From positions 11,104 to 75,103 of the forward strand of contig JAQUEL010000003.1 in NCBI GenBank assembly GCA_028685295.1: a DNA stretch of 64,000 nucleotides, read 5' to 3'. This document shows positions 21,438-31,950 of the stretch, in pieces (positions within the stretch are counted from its first letter, which is position 1; each line of letters starts with the position of its first letter). The notes below the pieces were generated by a model, which was given only the letters and a program-made list of their open reading frames with translations, did no database searches and had not been told where the DNA came from. The translations under genes were made by a program, and so were the position numbers. This DNA comes from a bacterium (GTDB lineage: Bacteria; UBP13; UBA5359).

Positions 21438-22742
21438 CTATACCGTCAAATAGTGTCCCATTTTATGCCGCTTGGTCCTAAGATAGGCTCTGTTCTTCTC
21501 ATTGGCCGGTATTTCCAATGATACTCGTTCTACTACGGAGAGCCCATACCCTTCCAGCCCTACAATCTTTCTCGGGTTGTTGGTAATAAGACGTATGCGA
21601 CGTAATCCCAGATCATATAATATCTGAGCACCAATACCGTAATCGCGCAGGTCCGGCGGGAAGCCCAGTTCAACATTGGCCTCAACAGTATCCCTGCCTT
21701 TATCCTGCAACGCATAAGCTTTCAGTTTATTGGCCAAGCCTATCCCTCGTCCTTCCTGCCGCATATAAAGCAAAACACCGCCTTCTTTGGCTATCAATTC
21801 CATGGCTGCATCCAGCTGCTCCCCACAATCGCATCTCCGGCTTCTAAAGACATCGCCGGTAAGGCATTCAGAGTGCACTCTGACCAGGTGAGCCTTATCC
21901 GGGTTCAACTCACCCATTACCAGAGCCAGATGCGTATCACCATGGCGTAAAACGGTGTTATAAGCAAAGGCTTTAAATTCACCATACGAAGTAGGAAGTT
22001 TTATATCGGCCACTTTAACGATCAGACGTTCTTTTCTTCGCCTATACTCTATAATATCTTCTACGGATATTATCATCAAGCCGTGTTTTTCGGCAAAAAC
22101 CTCCAACTGCGGCATTCTAGCCATGCTTCCATCTTCGTTCATAATCTCGCAGATAACTCCGGCAGGAGACAAGCCTGCAGCTTTGGCCAGATCTACAGCT
22201 GCCTCTGTATGCCCGGTTCTCACCAGAACGCCGCCATCTCGGGCAATTAAAGGAAAGATATGCCCGGGCCTCCGCAGGCTCTCCGGACGGCTTTCAGGAT
22301 CTGCTGCCGTCTTTATTGTCCGGGCGCGATCATAAGCCGATATACCTGTAGTGATTCCCTTATCGGCATCAATGGAGACGGTAAAAGCGGTTTGCATGCT
22401 TTCGGTATTAACCGGCACCATCGGCTCCAAGTCGAGCCTGTCTGCCGCCTCCTGTTCCAGGGGCATACATATGAGACCCCGACCGTGAAGCGCCATAAAA
22501 TTAACCATTTCCGGTGTAATCAACTCAGCAGCGGCCAGCAGATCACCCTCATTCTCTCTATCGTCATCATCAACTACAATTATCATTCCCCCGGATCGTA
22601 TTACATCAAGGGCGGCTTCCACTCGCTTTATGAGCGCAGCAGAGTTACGGTTTCTATGCTCTGCAGGTAGAGTTACCGGCAGAGCACCCTCCCCATCGCA
22701 GGAAAAGGATCGGTTGCTTGTTGTTAGTTTTACATTTTCCAT
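21438..22742 (-). CDS. ribBA: Bifunctional 3,4-dihydroxy-2-butanone-4-phosphate synthase / GTP cyclohydrolase II
   Basis: DRENEGDLL (DHBP synthase) plus a C-terminal GTP cyclohydrolase II domain ([17 protein letters not shown]). Probable start MENVKL; the ORF track extends 30 codons upstream. Confidence 0.85.
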   Translation of the reverse strand: MENVKLTTSNRSFSCDGEGALPVTLPAEHRNRNSAALIKRVEAALDVIRSGGMIIVVDDDDRENEGDLLAAAELITPEMVNFMALHGRGLICMPLEQEAADRLDLEPMVPVNTESMQTAFTVSIDADKGITTGISAYDRARTIKTAADPESRPESLRRPGHIFPLIARDGGVLVRTGHTEAAVDLAKAAGLSPAGVICEIMNEDGSMARMPQLEVFAEKHGLMIISVEDIIEYRRRKERLIVKVADIKLPTSYGEFKAFAYNTVLRHGDTHLALVMGELNPDKAHLVRVHSECLTGDVFRSRRCDCGEQLDAAMELIAKEGGVLLYMRQEGRGIGLANKLKAYALQDKGRDTVEANVELGFPPDLRDYGIGAQILYDLGLRRIRLITNNPRKIVGLEGYGLSVVERVSLEIPANEKNRAYLRTKRHKMGHYLTV

Positions 22743-22816
22743 GCAGGCCCTCCTGCTTGCTATCTTTTTCAAAAATTCAAATTTCCGTAATCCCTGCTCC
22801 AGCCTATATGCCGAGC

Positions 22817-23470
22817 CTACGCTTTGAGCCATTCCTCAAGCAGGCTCGGCGTCTGTTCAGGCAGAGCGCTCTTATCCTGCTTGAGCTTAGAATCGACCTC
22901 CAGCAGACGCTTGATATATCTAGCCAATATATCGACCTCTACATTAACTCTACGTCCTGTAACCGGCTTTTTCATAGTCGTTACCTGCCTGGTATATCCG
23001 ACCAGCGAGACGGTAAAGCAATTACCTTTTACGGCAACCACCGTCAGGCTTATCCCTTCCACGGTTATAGACCCTTTAACGGCTATCATCGACATCAATT
23101 CAGCCGGCACAGCTACTGTAACCAAAAGAGCGTTGCCCTCAGTTTTCAACTCTGTTATCTCTCCTATTGCATCGATATGCCCACTGACAAAATGCCCTCC
23201 CAACGGCTTACCAAGGCATAGCGCCCTCTCCAGATTCACCTCATCGCCGGCATGTAGCGCACCTAGATTAGTCAGGCGTACCGTTTCCGGCATCACGGAC
23301 ATTCGTATACGGCTACCCTTAATATCATCCGCTGTCAGGCAAACACCGTTAACAGCCAGACTATCCCCTAGAGATACCGACAGCTTGCCGATATCAACCG
23401 TCAGTTCTGCTCCCGATCCGTTGTGCGTTATGTTCTCTACTCTTCCGACCGTTTCTATCAAACCGGTAAA
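22817..23470 (-). CDS. ribE: Riboflavin synthase alpha subunit
   Basis: [12 protein letters not shown]... lumazine-binding repeats. The ORF-track start overlaps ribD by 48 nt. A TTG start near 23470 is more likely. Confidence 0.8.
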   Translation of the reverse strand, partial: FTGLIETVGRVENITHNGSGAELTVDIGKLSVSLGDSLAVNGVCLTADDIKGSRIRMSVMPETVRLTNLGALHAGDEVNLERALCLGKPLGGHFVSGHIDAIGEITELKTEGNALLVTVAVPAELMSMIAVKGSITVEGISLTVVAVKGNCFTVSLVGYTRQVTTMKKPVTGRRVNVEVDILARYIKRLLEVDSKLKQDKSALPEQTPSLLEEWLKA

Positions 23471-24579
23471 CAATCGACATCCCTCACTCTTAACCGCCCA
23501 CGACATAGCATATCATCACCGATACGCCGCCAGGTGATATCTTCCAACCCATAACAGCCGTCTATCTCTTTCAGATCCAGCGGCCCAAGTAGAGGCAGGC
23601 TTTCGCCGCCAAGAAATATGGGGCCCATAAAGATGAAGGCTTCATCTATCAGGCCCTGAATCAACATAGCCGTAGAGAGCCTGGATCCGCTTTCAAGAAG
23701 AACTGTCGCTACCCCCAGACGTGGCAACAAACGAAGCAGGGCACTCAAATCCACATGGCGCTCGTTGCCGGCTTCGATTATCCGAGCACCCTTCTTGCTG
23801 AGGGCTTCCACCCTAGCAGCAGGTGCATTCCGGGTTACCGCTATAAATATCTTACCGTTACCATTGAAGAGCCTGGCGTCAGGCGGTGTAACAGCCATAC
23901 TGTCGACTATAATGCGCACAGGATGAAACCGGCTTGGAATACGTACATCCAACCTGGGATTATCGGCCAGCACAGTTCCACTGCCGACCATGACTGCATC
24001 ATGATCAACCCTGAGCGCCTGCACGCATCGGCGGGAAGCCTGAGAGGTTATCCATTTCGATTGCCCATCGGCCAAAGCGGTACGCCCATCCAGGGAGGCC
24101 GCCGCCTTCCAGGCAACAAAGGGCAAACCGCTGGTAATATATTTGACGAAACCCCGGTTGAGATCCCGGCATTTCTCCTCCAGAATACCGTTCTCCACAT
24201 ATATACCCGCCCTCCGCAAACGTTCCAGGCCTGCTCCCGCCACCAGCGGATTCGGATCGACCATACCGACGTAAACGCTCTTAATCCCGGCAGCAATTAC
24301 AGCTTCCACACACGGTGGCGTTTTGCCATGATGAGCGCAAGGTTCCAGGTTAACGAAGATCTCGGCACCCCGACAATCCCCGGCATCGGCTATGGCGGCT
24401 ACTTCAGCATGCAGCCCTCCATAGACGGCATGCCGGCCACGACCTATAACCTTGCCGTCACGAACTACAACCGCTCCCACCAGAGGATTGGGACTTACTT
24501 TCCCTCTGCTCCGGCGGGCCATACTGAGGACCATGCTCATAAAGCGGCGTTTATCAGCGTCGGTCGTCATCGTCATCAC
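23458..24579 (-). CDS. ribD: Bifunctional diaminohydroxyphosphoribosylaminopyrimidine deaminase / 5-amino-6-(5-phosphoribosylamino)uracil reductase
   Basis: Deaminase motif HAEVAAI...LEPCAHHGKTPPC plus a C-terminal reductase domain. The true start is probably an internal Met (MSMVLSMARR, ~24540). Confidence 0.85.
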   Translation of the reverse strand: MMTMTTDADKRRFMSMVLSMARRSRGKVSPNPLVGAVVVRDGKVIGRGRHAVYGGLHAEVAAIADAGDCRGAEIFVNLEPCAHHGKTPPCVEAVIAAGIKSVYVGMVDPNPLVAGAGLERLRRAGIYVENGILEEKCRDLNRGFVKYITSGLPFVAWKAAASLDGRTALADGQSKWITSQASRRCVQALRVDHDAVMVGSGTVLADNPRLDVRIPSRFHPVRIIVDSMAVTPPDARLFNGNGKIFIAVTRNAPAARVEALSKKGARIIEAGNERHVDLSALLRLLPRLGVATVLLESGSRLSTAMLIQGLIDEAFIFMGPIFLGGESLPLLGPLDLKEIDGCYGLEDITWRRIGDDMLCRGRLRVRDVDCLPV

Positions 24580-24910
24580 TCTCCCGCGGCAATATCAACT
24601 TCCGCTGTTCATTATAAAGATGACGAACAGCTCGCAGGTCCATGATCAGTAGCATTATTACGGCAAGCACAAATGCCAGCACCACATACCAAACAAAGCA
24701 TAACAGCCTCCTTTCATTCACCAGAAATATTGTTCCCATAGCGACAAAGAATACCAGAAACGTCAAGACGATAGCGATAATAGCACGAAGAAATAATAAA
24801 TGCCTGTTTATATCGCCGTTGCTGTAACGCCGGAATTCAAAAGCCAGCAGAAGCAACATTAATATAAAGACGACTCCTCCAACTATCAATGAAGATATAT
24901 AGACAGACAT
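24554..24910 (-). CDS. Small polytopic membrane protein (3 predicted TM helices, acidic C-terminal tail), first ORF downstream of the FMN riboswitch
   Basis: 118 aa. MSVYISSLIVGGVVFILMLLLLAFEF... ends ...ESDDDDDRR. The ATG directly abuts the riboswitch terminator U-tract (GGGGGUUUUUAUG). Its 3' end overlaps the ribD start region. No homolog recognised. Confidence 0.5.
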   Translation of the reverse strand: MSVYISSLIVGGVVFILMLLLLAFEFRRYSNGDINRHLLFLRAIIAIVLTFLVFFVAMGTIFLVNERRLLCFVWYVVLAFVLAVIMLLIMDLRAVRHLYNEQRKLILPRESDDDDDRR

Positions 24911-25080
24911 AAAAACCCCCGTTTTTCAGGGGCCGGAAGGCAGAAAGAGAATGATCTTCTACCTTCCAGACTTTACTGTCGGCTCCGTAATTGCAACGGA
25001 TCGGTCAAAAGACTCGCGGGCTTTACCGCCGGTCGGGATATGGCCATCGGCCTCACCCTGCCCTGAAGATCACATTAGGA
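24911..25080 (-). promoter_or_regulatory. FMN riboswitch (RFN element) with an intrinsic terminator expression platform
   Basis: Minus-strand RNA UCUUCAGGGCAGGGUGA...AUCCCGACCGGCGGUAAAGCCCGCGAG...GGAGCCGACAGUAAAGUCUGGAAGGUAGAAGAUCAU matches the conserved FMN-aptamer core. It is followed by the terminator CCCCUG-AAAAA-CGGGGG-UUUUU. Confidence 0.9.
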
Positions 25081-25392
25081 ATGATAGCATATGCGATATT
25101 CTAATTCAACAATAATCCCATCCACATTGACACCTCCACGGCTCTGCTGGTAAAATCCACATAAACCCTGACAGTGCCTAACCCTGCAATAAAGGCATCT
25201 TTCAATACGTCGGTACGTTTTTGGTGGCAGGGTTTCGGATGATTATTACTCCGGCAGAAAATTCAACAAAAGCGCAGGATTGCAAGCGGTTAAATTACCT
25301 GCCGGGCTTCCCAGCGGTTGATCTCTCTGCAACAGACCCGGGTTGAAAACCCTCCATTGGGGCTCAATTGATAGAAAAGCGAGGGCGGCATC

Positions 25393-26724
25393 ATGACGAA
25401 AACAACACAAGAGGTCCAGGCTTTTATCGAGCAAGGCAACTGGCAGGGCCTTCGTGATCTGCTGGAATCCTTCCCTCCGCCTGAAATAGTGGACCTGCTG
25501 CCGGAACTGGACGAAGCAGACCGGGCCATCCTTTTTCGTCTTCTACACCGGCCGATAGCCGCCGAAATATTTTCTTGCTTGGAGCCTCAGGAGCAAGATG
25601 CTCTTTTGAGTGATTTGACCAATGAGGAAACCCGGCAACTGCTGGCTAATATGCGTCCGGACGATAGAACGCACTTTCTAGAAGAAATGCCCGGCCAGGC
25701 TACACAGCGCCTGATGAACCTGCTAAGCCCCCATGATCTGCAGGAAGCCAGGCAACTTCTGGGTTATCCTGAAGATAGTGTTGGCAGGTTGATGACTCCG
25801 GACTATGTAGCTGTTCGCCCGTATTGGACTATTGACCATGCCCTGTCTCATATCCGACTCAAGGGCAAAGACAGCGAAACCATTTACACTGTTTATGTAG
25901 TGGATGCCTCATGGAAACTATTGGGAACGCTGGAGCTGCGTAAGCTTCTTCTGGCTGATTCGGATAAAATGGCAGAGCAGATTATGAACACCTCTTTTGC
26001 CAGTGTCATGGCATTGGATGACCGGGAAGAGGCCGTCAAAGTTATTCAAAAGTATAATCTTGTAGCTGTTCCGGTAGTCGATTCTAATGGCGTCCTGCTG
26101 GGTATTGTTACCGTTGATGATGTTCTTGATGTCTCTCAGGAAGAAGTGACTGAGGATTTTCACAAAGTCGGCGGTATCACTCCTTTGGAAAGCAGCTATC
26201 GGGCCAGCAGTCTATGGTCGCTTTTCTCCAAGCGTATCGGCTGGTTGGCAGCTTTGGTAGTTGTTAATCTGGTCTCATCCAGCATTATCGCTTCCTTTGA
26301 AGATGTGCTGACCGGCACCATCGTTCTGGCCTTTTTTATTCCTCTGCTAATAGACAGCGGCGGCAACGCGGGTGCACAGGCGGCCACCCTGATGATTCGG
26401 GCATTAGCCACCGGTGATATCAATGTCAAACAATGGGGAGCGGTATTCTTCAAAGAAATCGGTGTGGGCGCCCTGCTGGGTATTACCCTGGGCGCTATGG
26501 GCTTTGCACTGGGGGCTTTCCGTGGAAATACACAGATCGGCTGGGTCGTGGGATTAACCATGATAAGCATTATCATATGGTCCAATCTGCTTGGTATGTT
26601 CCTACCTTTTTTATTCACGCGTATTAAACTGGATCCGGCTGTGGCCAGCAGTCCCCTGATAACAACGCTCGCCGATGTAGGCGGGCTGGCGATATACTTT
26701 CTTATTGCCTCCTGGATACTTTAG
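25393..26724 (+). CDS. mgtE: Magnesium transporter MgtE (N-terminal domain, tandem CBS, TM domain)
   Basis: 443 aa. MgtE_N (LLPELDEADRAILFRLL), CBS pairs, and a C-terminal TM domain with GNAGAQAATL. The only plus-strand gene. Confidence 0.9.
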   Translation: MTKTTQEVQAFIEQGNWQGLRDLLESFPPPEIVDLLPELDEADRAILFRLLHRPIAAEIFSCLEPQEQDALLSDLTNEETRQLLANMRPDDRTHFLEEMPGQATQRLMNLLSPHDLQEARQLLGYPEDSVGRLMTPDYVAVRPYWTIDHALSHIRLKGKDSETIYTVYVVDASWKLLGTLELRKLLLADSDKMAEQIMNTSFASVMALDDREEAVKVIQKYNLVAVPVVDSNGVLLGIVTVDDVLDVSQEEVTEDFHKVGGITPLESSYRASSLWSLFSKRIGWLAALVVVNLVSSSIIASFEDVLTGTIVLAFFIPLLIDSGGNAGAQAATLMIRALATGDINVKQWGAVFFKEIGVGALLGITLGAMGFALGAFRGNTQIGWVVGLTMISIIIWSNLLGMFLPFLFTRIKLDPAVASSPLITTLADVGGLAIYFLIASWIL

Positions 26725-26788
26725 CAGTCAATTTGGTCTATGCCGTAACAGTCTCTTCAATTCTGCAACAAAACATCTTTGCCCTTGT

Positions 26789-27448
26789 TCAGATTTTTTC
26801 TTCTCGTAGGGTTTGTATCGCCTCAGCCATATCATCGGCACCGAAGACTGCGGTCCCGGCAACCAGCATATCGGCGCCTGCTTTTATCACTCTGGAGGCG
26901 GTGGCGATGTTTATTCCTCCATCCACCTCCAGACGTATCTCCCGCCCGGAACGATCGATCATACCGCGGGCTGCGGCAATCTTCGGCAACATAGCCTCAA
27001 TAAAGGCCTGTCCGCCATATCCGGGGTTGACGGTCATCAAAAGAACGTAATCAGCCTCTTCAAGCACATAATTTATAGTATCCAAAGGGGTAGCTGGATT
27101 GAGAGCCACACCGGCCTGGGCACCTGTCTGACGAATCATGCCCAAAGCTCTATGCAGATGAGCAGTGGCCTCGACATGAAGCGATATCATCCCGGCTCCA
27201 GCTTCGGCGAAAGACTCGATCTGTCTTTCCGGAGAAGAAATCATCAGATGAACATCAAAAATAAGGTCTGTTCTCTTCCTTAAAGCCTTGACCACATCGG
27301 CACCGATAGTTATAGGAGGAACAAAGGCTCCATCCATAACGTCGACGTGAATATGCGTTGCTCCCGCATCCCCGGCTCTGGACACCTCGCAGCCTAGGCA
27401 ACTGAAATCCGATGCCAGTATGGATGGCAATATGGTTATATCTTTCAC
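26789..27448 (-). CDS. rpe: Ribulose-phosphate 3-epimerase
   Basis: 219 aa. ILPSILASDFSCLG...HVDVMDGAFVP. Confidence 0.9.
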   Translation of the reverse strand: MKDITILPSILASDFSCLGCEVSRAGDAGATHIHVDVMDGAFVPPITIGADVVKALRKRTDLIFDVHLMISSPERQIESFAEAGAGMISLHVEATAHLHRALGMIRQTGAQAGVALNPATPLDTINYVLEEADYVLLMTVNPGYGGQAFIEAMLPKIAAARGMIDRSGREIRLEVDGGINIATASRVIKAGADMLVAGTAVFGADDMAEAIQTLREEKI

Positions 27449-29128
27449 TTAGAAAGTCTCCTCTCTCACCAGCCGGCCGTCCACATATATGTTCACGGAT
27501 ACTTCATCGAAGCCGGTAATCTCCTGCTGAACGTTCTCTCCCGGCTGAAAGAGCTTGTCCAGATAGATTCTTTCGCCCTGACTGTCGGTTACCATTACCC
27601 GTATTCTGTGACGCTTGCCGTCGTTAGGCACTTGATAATTAACGACTGCGCTCTTCTTAACGCCTTCAGCCTCGGAGGATACCGTCTCCTCCGGCTCCGG
27701 TCCCTGGCTCAGGATGATGGCTATCCGGGATCCTTTGGGTACAATTGATTGCGGCTGCGGTGATTGACCGGCCACGTATCCCTTGGGAATAAAAGCATCA
27801 TATCGCTCTTCGGGCTTGCTTGCCGTCAGACCGGCCTCAGACAAGGCTCGCAATGCACTATCATAAGGATTATTATAAAGATCGGGCACTTCCGCTGTTT
27901 CAATCCCTTTGCTGATAATAACAAAAACAAGACGATTCTGACGCACCATTCTTCCTGCTGCCGGTTCAGTGGAGAGCACAGTGCCGACGGCATAAGTATT
28001 ATCATATTTCTCACCGACTATTTTCATATGCAGCTTTCGATCCTCAAGAATCTGCTCCGCCTCCCTGATAGATTTACCGCGAACATCAGGCATGGTGACC
28101 TCGGCAGGAAAAATGTTCAACGGCAATTTGCTTATCAAGACACCTAATACCAGAATTAATCCGGCAAGCAATATAATTTTTCCAGCAGACGGCGGACGTT
28201 TATGTCTACCCCCGGCCCGGAGAGTTCTGAGACTTCCGGCATACTCTTCTTTATCATCATCAAAAGCATCATTATCCTTGGTACCATCCGTAATATTGCT
28301 CGGCGATGGAGTAAAGGTATCACCGCCAATGAATATATCCCGCAATGCCTTCAACAATAGCTCCACCGTACGGTAACGCCTCGCCGGATCTTTATCCAAA
28401 AGCCTGTCTATCAATTTATCCAGCTCTTCATCGATCATGCTGAGATTGTAACGGGGAGACAGCGGCTTTTCATGTAAATGATCGTAAGCTATTTTAACGA
28501 CGGTGTCACCATTGAAAGGCACCTTGCCGCATACCATCTCATAGAGATTGATTCCGACCATATACATGTCCGAGGCTTCGCTCGGCAATTCACCCTTTAT
28601 CTGCTCGGGTGATATATAAAGCACACCGGCCATTGTTAGCGGCACAGCATCCCTGGATATTCGAGCAATGGCTGTTGCCATGGAGAAATCATTCAGTTTT
28701 ACCGTACCTGTAAGGTCGTAGTGGATATTGCCCGGGACCAGGTGCCCATGCAACAGACCGGTCTTGTGAGCATATTTCAGCGCTTCGCATATTTGCACGC
28801 CTGTTCTTACCGCCTCATTGGGGAATAGAGGAAAGGTTCTGCTGTTCTTAACAGTACCAGCCATAAGCTCCTGTACCAGATAATGAATATCACCATCCCT
28901 GTAGGAGGCATATGTATTGGTAATATAAGGATGTGACAGGCCGGCTAGATTTCTGGCTACTCTGTGAAACTCCTCCACCACACTTTCAGAAGCCAACTGC
29001 CGATGTAGAATCTTAACGGCTACCTCTCTGTTAAGAAGTGTATCCATCGCTTTATATACGGCCGTTATATCGCCGGAGCCAATTTCCGCCAGTATCAGAT
29101 AACGGTCATTCAGCATTTTGCCGGTCAT
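27449..29128 (-). CDS. prkC: Ser/Thr protein kinase with C-terminal PASTA repeats
   Basis: Hanks kinase domain (VAVKIL, HGHLVPGNI, catalytic loop), a TM segment (IILLAGLILVLGVLI) and PASTA units (VTMPDVRGKSIREAEQIL...). Confidence 0.85.
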   Translation of the reverse strand: MTGKMLNDRYLILAEIGSGDITAVYKAMDTLLNREVAVKILHRQLASESVVEEFHRVARNLAGLSHPYITNTYASYRDGDIHYLVQELMAGTVKNSRTFPLFPNEAVRTGVQICEALKYAHKTGLLHGHLVPGNIHYDLTGTVKLNDFSMATAIARISRDAVPLTMAGVLYISPEQIKGELPSEASDMYMVGINLYEMVCGKVPFNGDTVVKIAYDHLHEKPLSPRYNLSMIDEELDKLIDRLLDKDPARRYRTVELLLKALRDIFIGGDTFTPSPSNITDGTKDNDAFDDDKEEYAGSLRTLRAGGRHKRPPSAGKIILLAGLILVLGVLISKLPLNIFPAEVTMPDVRGKSIREAEQILEDRKLHMKIVGEKYDNTYAVGTVLSTEPAAGRMVRQNRLVFVIISKGIETAEVPDLYNNPYDSALRALSEAGLTASKPEERYDAFIPKGYVAGQSPQPQSIVPKGSRIAIILSQGPEPEETVSSEAEGVKKSAVVNYQVPNDGKRHRIRVMVTDSQGERIYLDKLFQPGENVQQEITGFDEVSVNIYVDGRLVREETF

Positions 29129-29243
29129 GACGCAACTACTCCTATAATATAAATCAGAAACACCAGCAGATTACCGGAGTCTTTATCAATACTTCCGAAC
29201 CCTTTGTGCTTCTGCGACTTGATGCCCTTAGGCGTCTCTGTCT

Positions 29244-30326
29244 TTATTTCTTCAACCACCGTTTCTTATCCTCTTTTCGGTCTTGTTCGGGCTGTCGGGC
29301 ACTAAACGTTTTATCGCCGGCCAACTGGCCGCAACCACCGCCAACGGTTGTGCCGCGGCTTTGCCTGAGCGTGTATATCAAGCCTGCGCTATCCAAGGCT
29401 TTAGAAAACAAAAGGGCCTCGCGTAATCCTGGCCTTCCGCCGCCGGCAGGATTAAGAGGAATAACGTTGATATGATATTTGAGCCCTCTAAGAAGCACTG
29501 CCAGCGCTCTAATCTGATCCGGGCCATCGTTGACGCTGGGAATAACAGTATATTCAAATGTTATCCGACGACCTGTTCCGGCCTGATACTCTTTGCAGGC
29601 AGAGATGAGAACGCTAAGGGGGTATACCCTGTTTACAGGCATGATGGTGCTGCGCACCTCGTCGGTGGCGGCATGCAACGAGACGGCCAAACGTATCTGT
29701 ATGCCCTCTGTAGCCAGACGCTTTATTTCGGGCACTATACCGCAGGTAGATACGGTAATCTGCCTCTGTGACAAGCCGTATCCCTCCGGCGCTGTCAGCA
29801 ACCGTATGGATCGCATTACGGCCTCATAATTGTAAAAGGGTTCTCCCATCCCCATATATAAAATATTGTTTATCCTGCGTCCAAGAGCTTTAGCAACAAC
29901 GTAAATCTCCCCCATTATCTCCGAAGCCGTCATATTACGGCTAAAACCCATAGCACCCGTAGCACAAAAAGAGCATCCCAGCGGACATCCGACCTGTGAA
30001 GATATACATAAACTGCTGCGCTTGTTATAATGCATGAGCACAGCTTCTATATTTTTCCCATCAGCAAGGCGTAAAAGAAATTTTACCGTAGCCTCTTCTC
30101 GCGATACTGTACGCCCGGCAATTACGGGATGCTCGATAACGGCCTTCTGCTTAAGAAGAGCTCGCATCGCAAGAGATAGTTCGCTAATTTCATCAATAGA
30201 TGAAGCCATCTTTGCATGCAAGCGTTTGAATATTTGATCCGCTCTGTAAGGCTCCCAGCCGAGATCAGCGATAAAGGTCCGCATCTCCTCAGGAAGAAAA
30301 GCAAGAGCATCAGCCTTAGCTGTCAT
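29244..30326 (-). CDS. rlmN: 23S rRNA (adenine2503-C2)-methyltransferase, radical SAM
   Basis: 360 aa. CISSQVGCPLGCSFCATG. Confidence 0.9.
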   Translation of the reverse strand: MTAKADALAFLPEEMRTFIADLGWEPYRADQIFKRLHAKMASSIDEISELSLAMRALLKQKAVIEHPVIAGRTVSREEATVKFLLRLADGKNIEAVLMHYNKRSSLCISSQVGCPLGCSFCATGAMGFSRNMTASEIMGEIYVVAKALGRRINNILYMGMGEPFYNYEAVMRSIRLLTAPEGYGLSQRQITVSTCGIVPEIKRLATEGIQIRLAVSLHAATDEVRSTIMPVNRVYPLSVLISACKEYQAGTGRRITFEYTVIPSVNDGPDQIRALAVLLRGLKYHINVIPLNPAGGGRPGLREALLFSKALDSAGLIYTLRQSRGTTVGGGCGQLAGDKTFSARQPEQDRKEDKKRWLKK

Positions 30327-31680
30327 TATCGGCCCTCCTTCGCATAGCCGCCAGAAAGAACCCGTCTGTGCCGTGTACGCCGGGGAGCAGGCGCAAGGTG
30401 CCTGCGGTTGTTAGCTGTCCATCATGTAAGCAAAGCGGTAAACGCCGGCTCAGGTCCAGCGGCATATATTCCCTGTTCGCCGCCAGAAAACTGCTTATGA
30501 TATCCGAACCTTCCTCCGGCTCGATGCTGCAAACGCTATAGACCAGTATACCACCGGGACGGACCGCCCGCGCCGCTTCATTGAGAATAGCCGTTTGCAA
30601 TTCGGGCAACTCCTGCAGCTTCTCCGGCAGAAGACGCCATTTTATCTCCGGCTTTCGCCTCAGCGATCCTGTGCCTGTACACGGAGCATCCGCCATGACA
30701 GCATCAAAGCGTTCATTTACCTTACCTGTAACTTCTCTGGCATCCATCTGAAGAGTGTCGATAATTCCTATGCCAAGACGGGCTGCATTGGCATGAACAA
30801 GCCGCAAGCGTGCCGCATTGATATCTACCGAGAGTATTCGCCCTCTATTTGCCATCAATTCGGCAACGTGGGTACTTTTACCTCCGGGAGCGCTGCAGAG
30901 ATCCAAGACATTCTGTCCGGGCATGGGAGTGAGGGCATGAGCAACACACATAGATGCCTCGTCCTGTGGTTGGAATAGCCCCTCGATGTACTCTGGAGTA
31001 TTCCAGATGCCCGCTCCCGTTGCCAAATTCAGTGCCTCCGGAAAGAGTCTGCCGGATGATACCTGATAGCCTTTCTCTGCTAAGGAGCGCCCTAATTCTT
31101 CTGAGGTCGTCTTAAGGAGATTTGTTCGCAGCGTAAGAGGCGGACGTTCGTTATTGGCCTGGCAAATTGATAAGGCACCGTCAAAACCGTATGCGGTTAT
31201 CCATCGCTCCACCATCCAGACCGGGTGGCTATGCCGAGCCGATATATAGCCTATCGGATCTTCATGACAATCCGGCCAATCATTATCCTCGATATCGGCT
31301 GGAAGATGCCGCAGAATCGCATTGACCAGGCCTGCGACTCCCTTATGAGCATACCTCCTGGCCGCTCGGACGGATTCATCCACAACGGCATAGGCTGGAA
31401 CGCGGGTAAGGAAATATAGTTGATAAATACCTAGGCGAAGAATGTTTTTTATGGGCAGGGTCAGCTTGGTTACGGGATGCCTGGAGCGGCGATCGATGAT
31501 ATAATCGATCGCCCCCCTCCAGCGCAGAACTCCATAAAGCAGCTCTGTCGCCAGAGCCGTCTCAACACCCTCACCTATTCCTGTTTCGGCCAACGCCCTA
31601 CTTAGGGCTATATTAGAAAACGCCTGGCGCTTTTCCATCAGCATCAGCGTTCTCAAGGCTAGATCTCTTCCCTTTATCAA
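30316..31680 (-). CDS. rsmB: 16S rRNA (cytosine967-C5)-methyltransferase (NusB-like N-terminal domain plus SAM MTase)
   Basis: 454 aa. Sun/NOP signature DAPCTGTGSLRRKPE and PCSIEPEE. Starts at TTG. Confidence 0.85.
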   Translation of the reverse strand: MIKGRDLALRTLMLMEKRQAFSNIALSRALAETGIGEGVETALATELLYGVLRWRGAIDYIIDRRSRHPVTKLTLPIKNILRLGIYQLYFLTRVPAYAVVDESVRAARRYAHKGVAGLVNAILRHLPADIEDNDWPDCHEDPIGYISARHSHPVWMVERWITAYGFDGALSICQANNERPPLTLRTNLLKTTSEELGRSLAEKGYQVSSGRLFPEALNLATGAGIWNTPEYIEGLFQPQDEASMCVAHALTPMPGQNVLDLCSAPGGKSTHVAELMANRGRILSVDINAARLRLVHANAARLGIGIIDTLQMDAREVTGKVNERFDAVMADAPCTGTGSLRRKPEIKWRLLPEKLQELPELQTAILNEAARAVRPGGILVYSVCSIEPEEGSDIISSFLAANREYMPLDLSRRLPLCLHDGQLTTAGTLRLLPGVHGTDGFFLAAMRRRADNDS

Positions 31681-31950
31681 TGCTCTTTTATATCCTCATC
31701 TTTTCAAGCCGTTCGATACGCTTCTCCAATAGCGAATACGTGTTAAAGCCGCATATACCGAGAACCATCTTATCGCTGAACCAGTAGCTGCTAAAGTTTA
31801 TCGCAGCCGCCAGAATAAAGGCCATTATTGCCCCGTTGCTTCCACCCAGATAATCGTCAAAACAAGCAGAAGCGTCATCAGTCGCATAAAAAATGTCTTA
31901 ACGTAGTTCAGCTTTGTTATATCGCCGAAGAAATTCTACTACAAATTGGG

